64,000 bases of DNA from Tubulanus polymorphus (taxonomy: Eukaryota; Animalia; Nemertea), in the NCBI RefSeq assembly GCF_964204645.1, contig NC_134027.1, positions 19,864,560-19,928,559 of the forward strand. The letters run 5' to 3'. Positions 63,139 through 64,000 of the stretch are shown here, piece by piece; within the stretch, counting starts at the first letter, position 1; each line of letters starts with the position of its first letter. The notes under the pieces were generated by a model. The model saw only the letters and a program-made list of their open reading frames with translations. It had not been told where the DNA came from and did no database searches. Made by a program: the position numbers and the translations under genes.

Positions 63139-64000
63139 TCACCCCCTTCCAGCTTTCACGCGCCCCGCGTGAAAAATCGAAGTTTCTCGTAGACGGACAA
63201 TCGTTCGACATTTCAATGACAGACGCTCATCGTAATCTTCTAAAATAGACGGACATTCGAGTTTCTCGCGGACGGACAATCGTTCGACGTTTCGATGACA
63301 GACGCTAATTGTAATCTTCTAGTAAACACGCTACGCAGTCGATCAGCATATCGTCGAACCCGAAGATGATCATGTCCCCTGTCTCGAGTGGATGGACGTG
63401 GACTTCCGAAAACGGCTGCGATGAGTTTCGTGCTGGAGGCGTCCAGATCCCCGAAGCGCGGGCCATCTTTTGACAAAACGGGCATCGAACGGGCACTCCC
63501 GGAACTTCCCGGAAAATAGCCGGGCGGCCATGGACGGTCGGGTGTACATGCGCGAGCACCCTTCACGATTCTGGGTAACATCTATTCTCTTTCGCCGGCC
63601 GCGGCTCGTCAGCATTGAGTATCGCGAGCTGTATGGGGGCCGGGACATCGGCCTTCGGTAAAGGCTTCTCGATCGCTGTATGCTGGGGTCTGGTTCCCCC
63701 ACCAATCCTGAAATTTCGTGCCGAGTACTTCCGGCGAGTACGCTGGCACGCTCTCCGGCTCTCTCGTTCCTTTCTCCAAGCGCTGTATTTCTTCTCTCCG
63801 TTTCTCTTCTAGCCTCCTTCTCTCTCTCTTCTCTCTTGCCTCCTCTTCTACCCTCCTCCGCTGTTCGACTGCCGCCATGCGCGCCTCTTCCGACCTCTTC
63901 TTTTTTCCAGCTCGTCTCCTTCTCTCGCGCACCGGCTAAGTTCTAGGCTCCACTTTATCATTAGTTTTCTCCTTTTTCCGTAACTAATTCTTTCGAACAA
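63139..64000 (-). mobile_element. Internal 3' region of the LTR retrotransposon with a disrupted accessory ORF
   Basis: GC-rich region upstream of the PPT; E/R-rich coiled-coil ORF 63609..63932 and Cys/His-containing ORF 63305..63559; short tandem repeats at about 63180-63325. Confidence 0.6.

Overview
Animal genomic DNA, probably from a marine invertebrate (inferred from the repeat types). Bases 1 to about 10,990 are the right-hand part of a very AT-rich endogenous Polinton/Maverick-like DNA virus with every gene on the minus strand. Reading from its end: a protein-primed PolB with Zn fingers and an EndoVII/HNH insert (broken by one frameshift and one TGA), a small OB-fold-like protein, a minor capsid protein (penton), six unknown and mostly membrane-anchored proteins, and a major capsid protein that runs off the left edge and is missing from the ORF track. 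Seven of these genes share an exactly spaced upstream motif (TAATTTTT at -19 plus TAAATG), and the replication genes share a second motif. This suggests a viral transcription programme, possibly driven by a helper virus. The rest is repeat-rich host DNA with two intact spliced genes: a secreted PAN/apple + C-type lectin gene (+) and BCAP31 (-). It also holds a 6.9-kb Mutator-like element carrying an SGNH-SWIM-C2H2-PHD gene, Helentron/HINE-like elements with CTCF-like 154-bp satellites, a Penelope inverted repeat with hammerhead motifs, P-element-type excision footprints, several MITEs, LINE fragments and the 3' end of an LTR retrotransposon. All assignments come from reading motifs by eye; no database searches were run.
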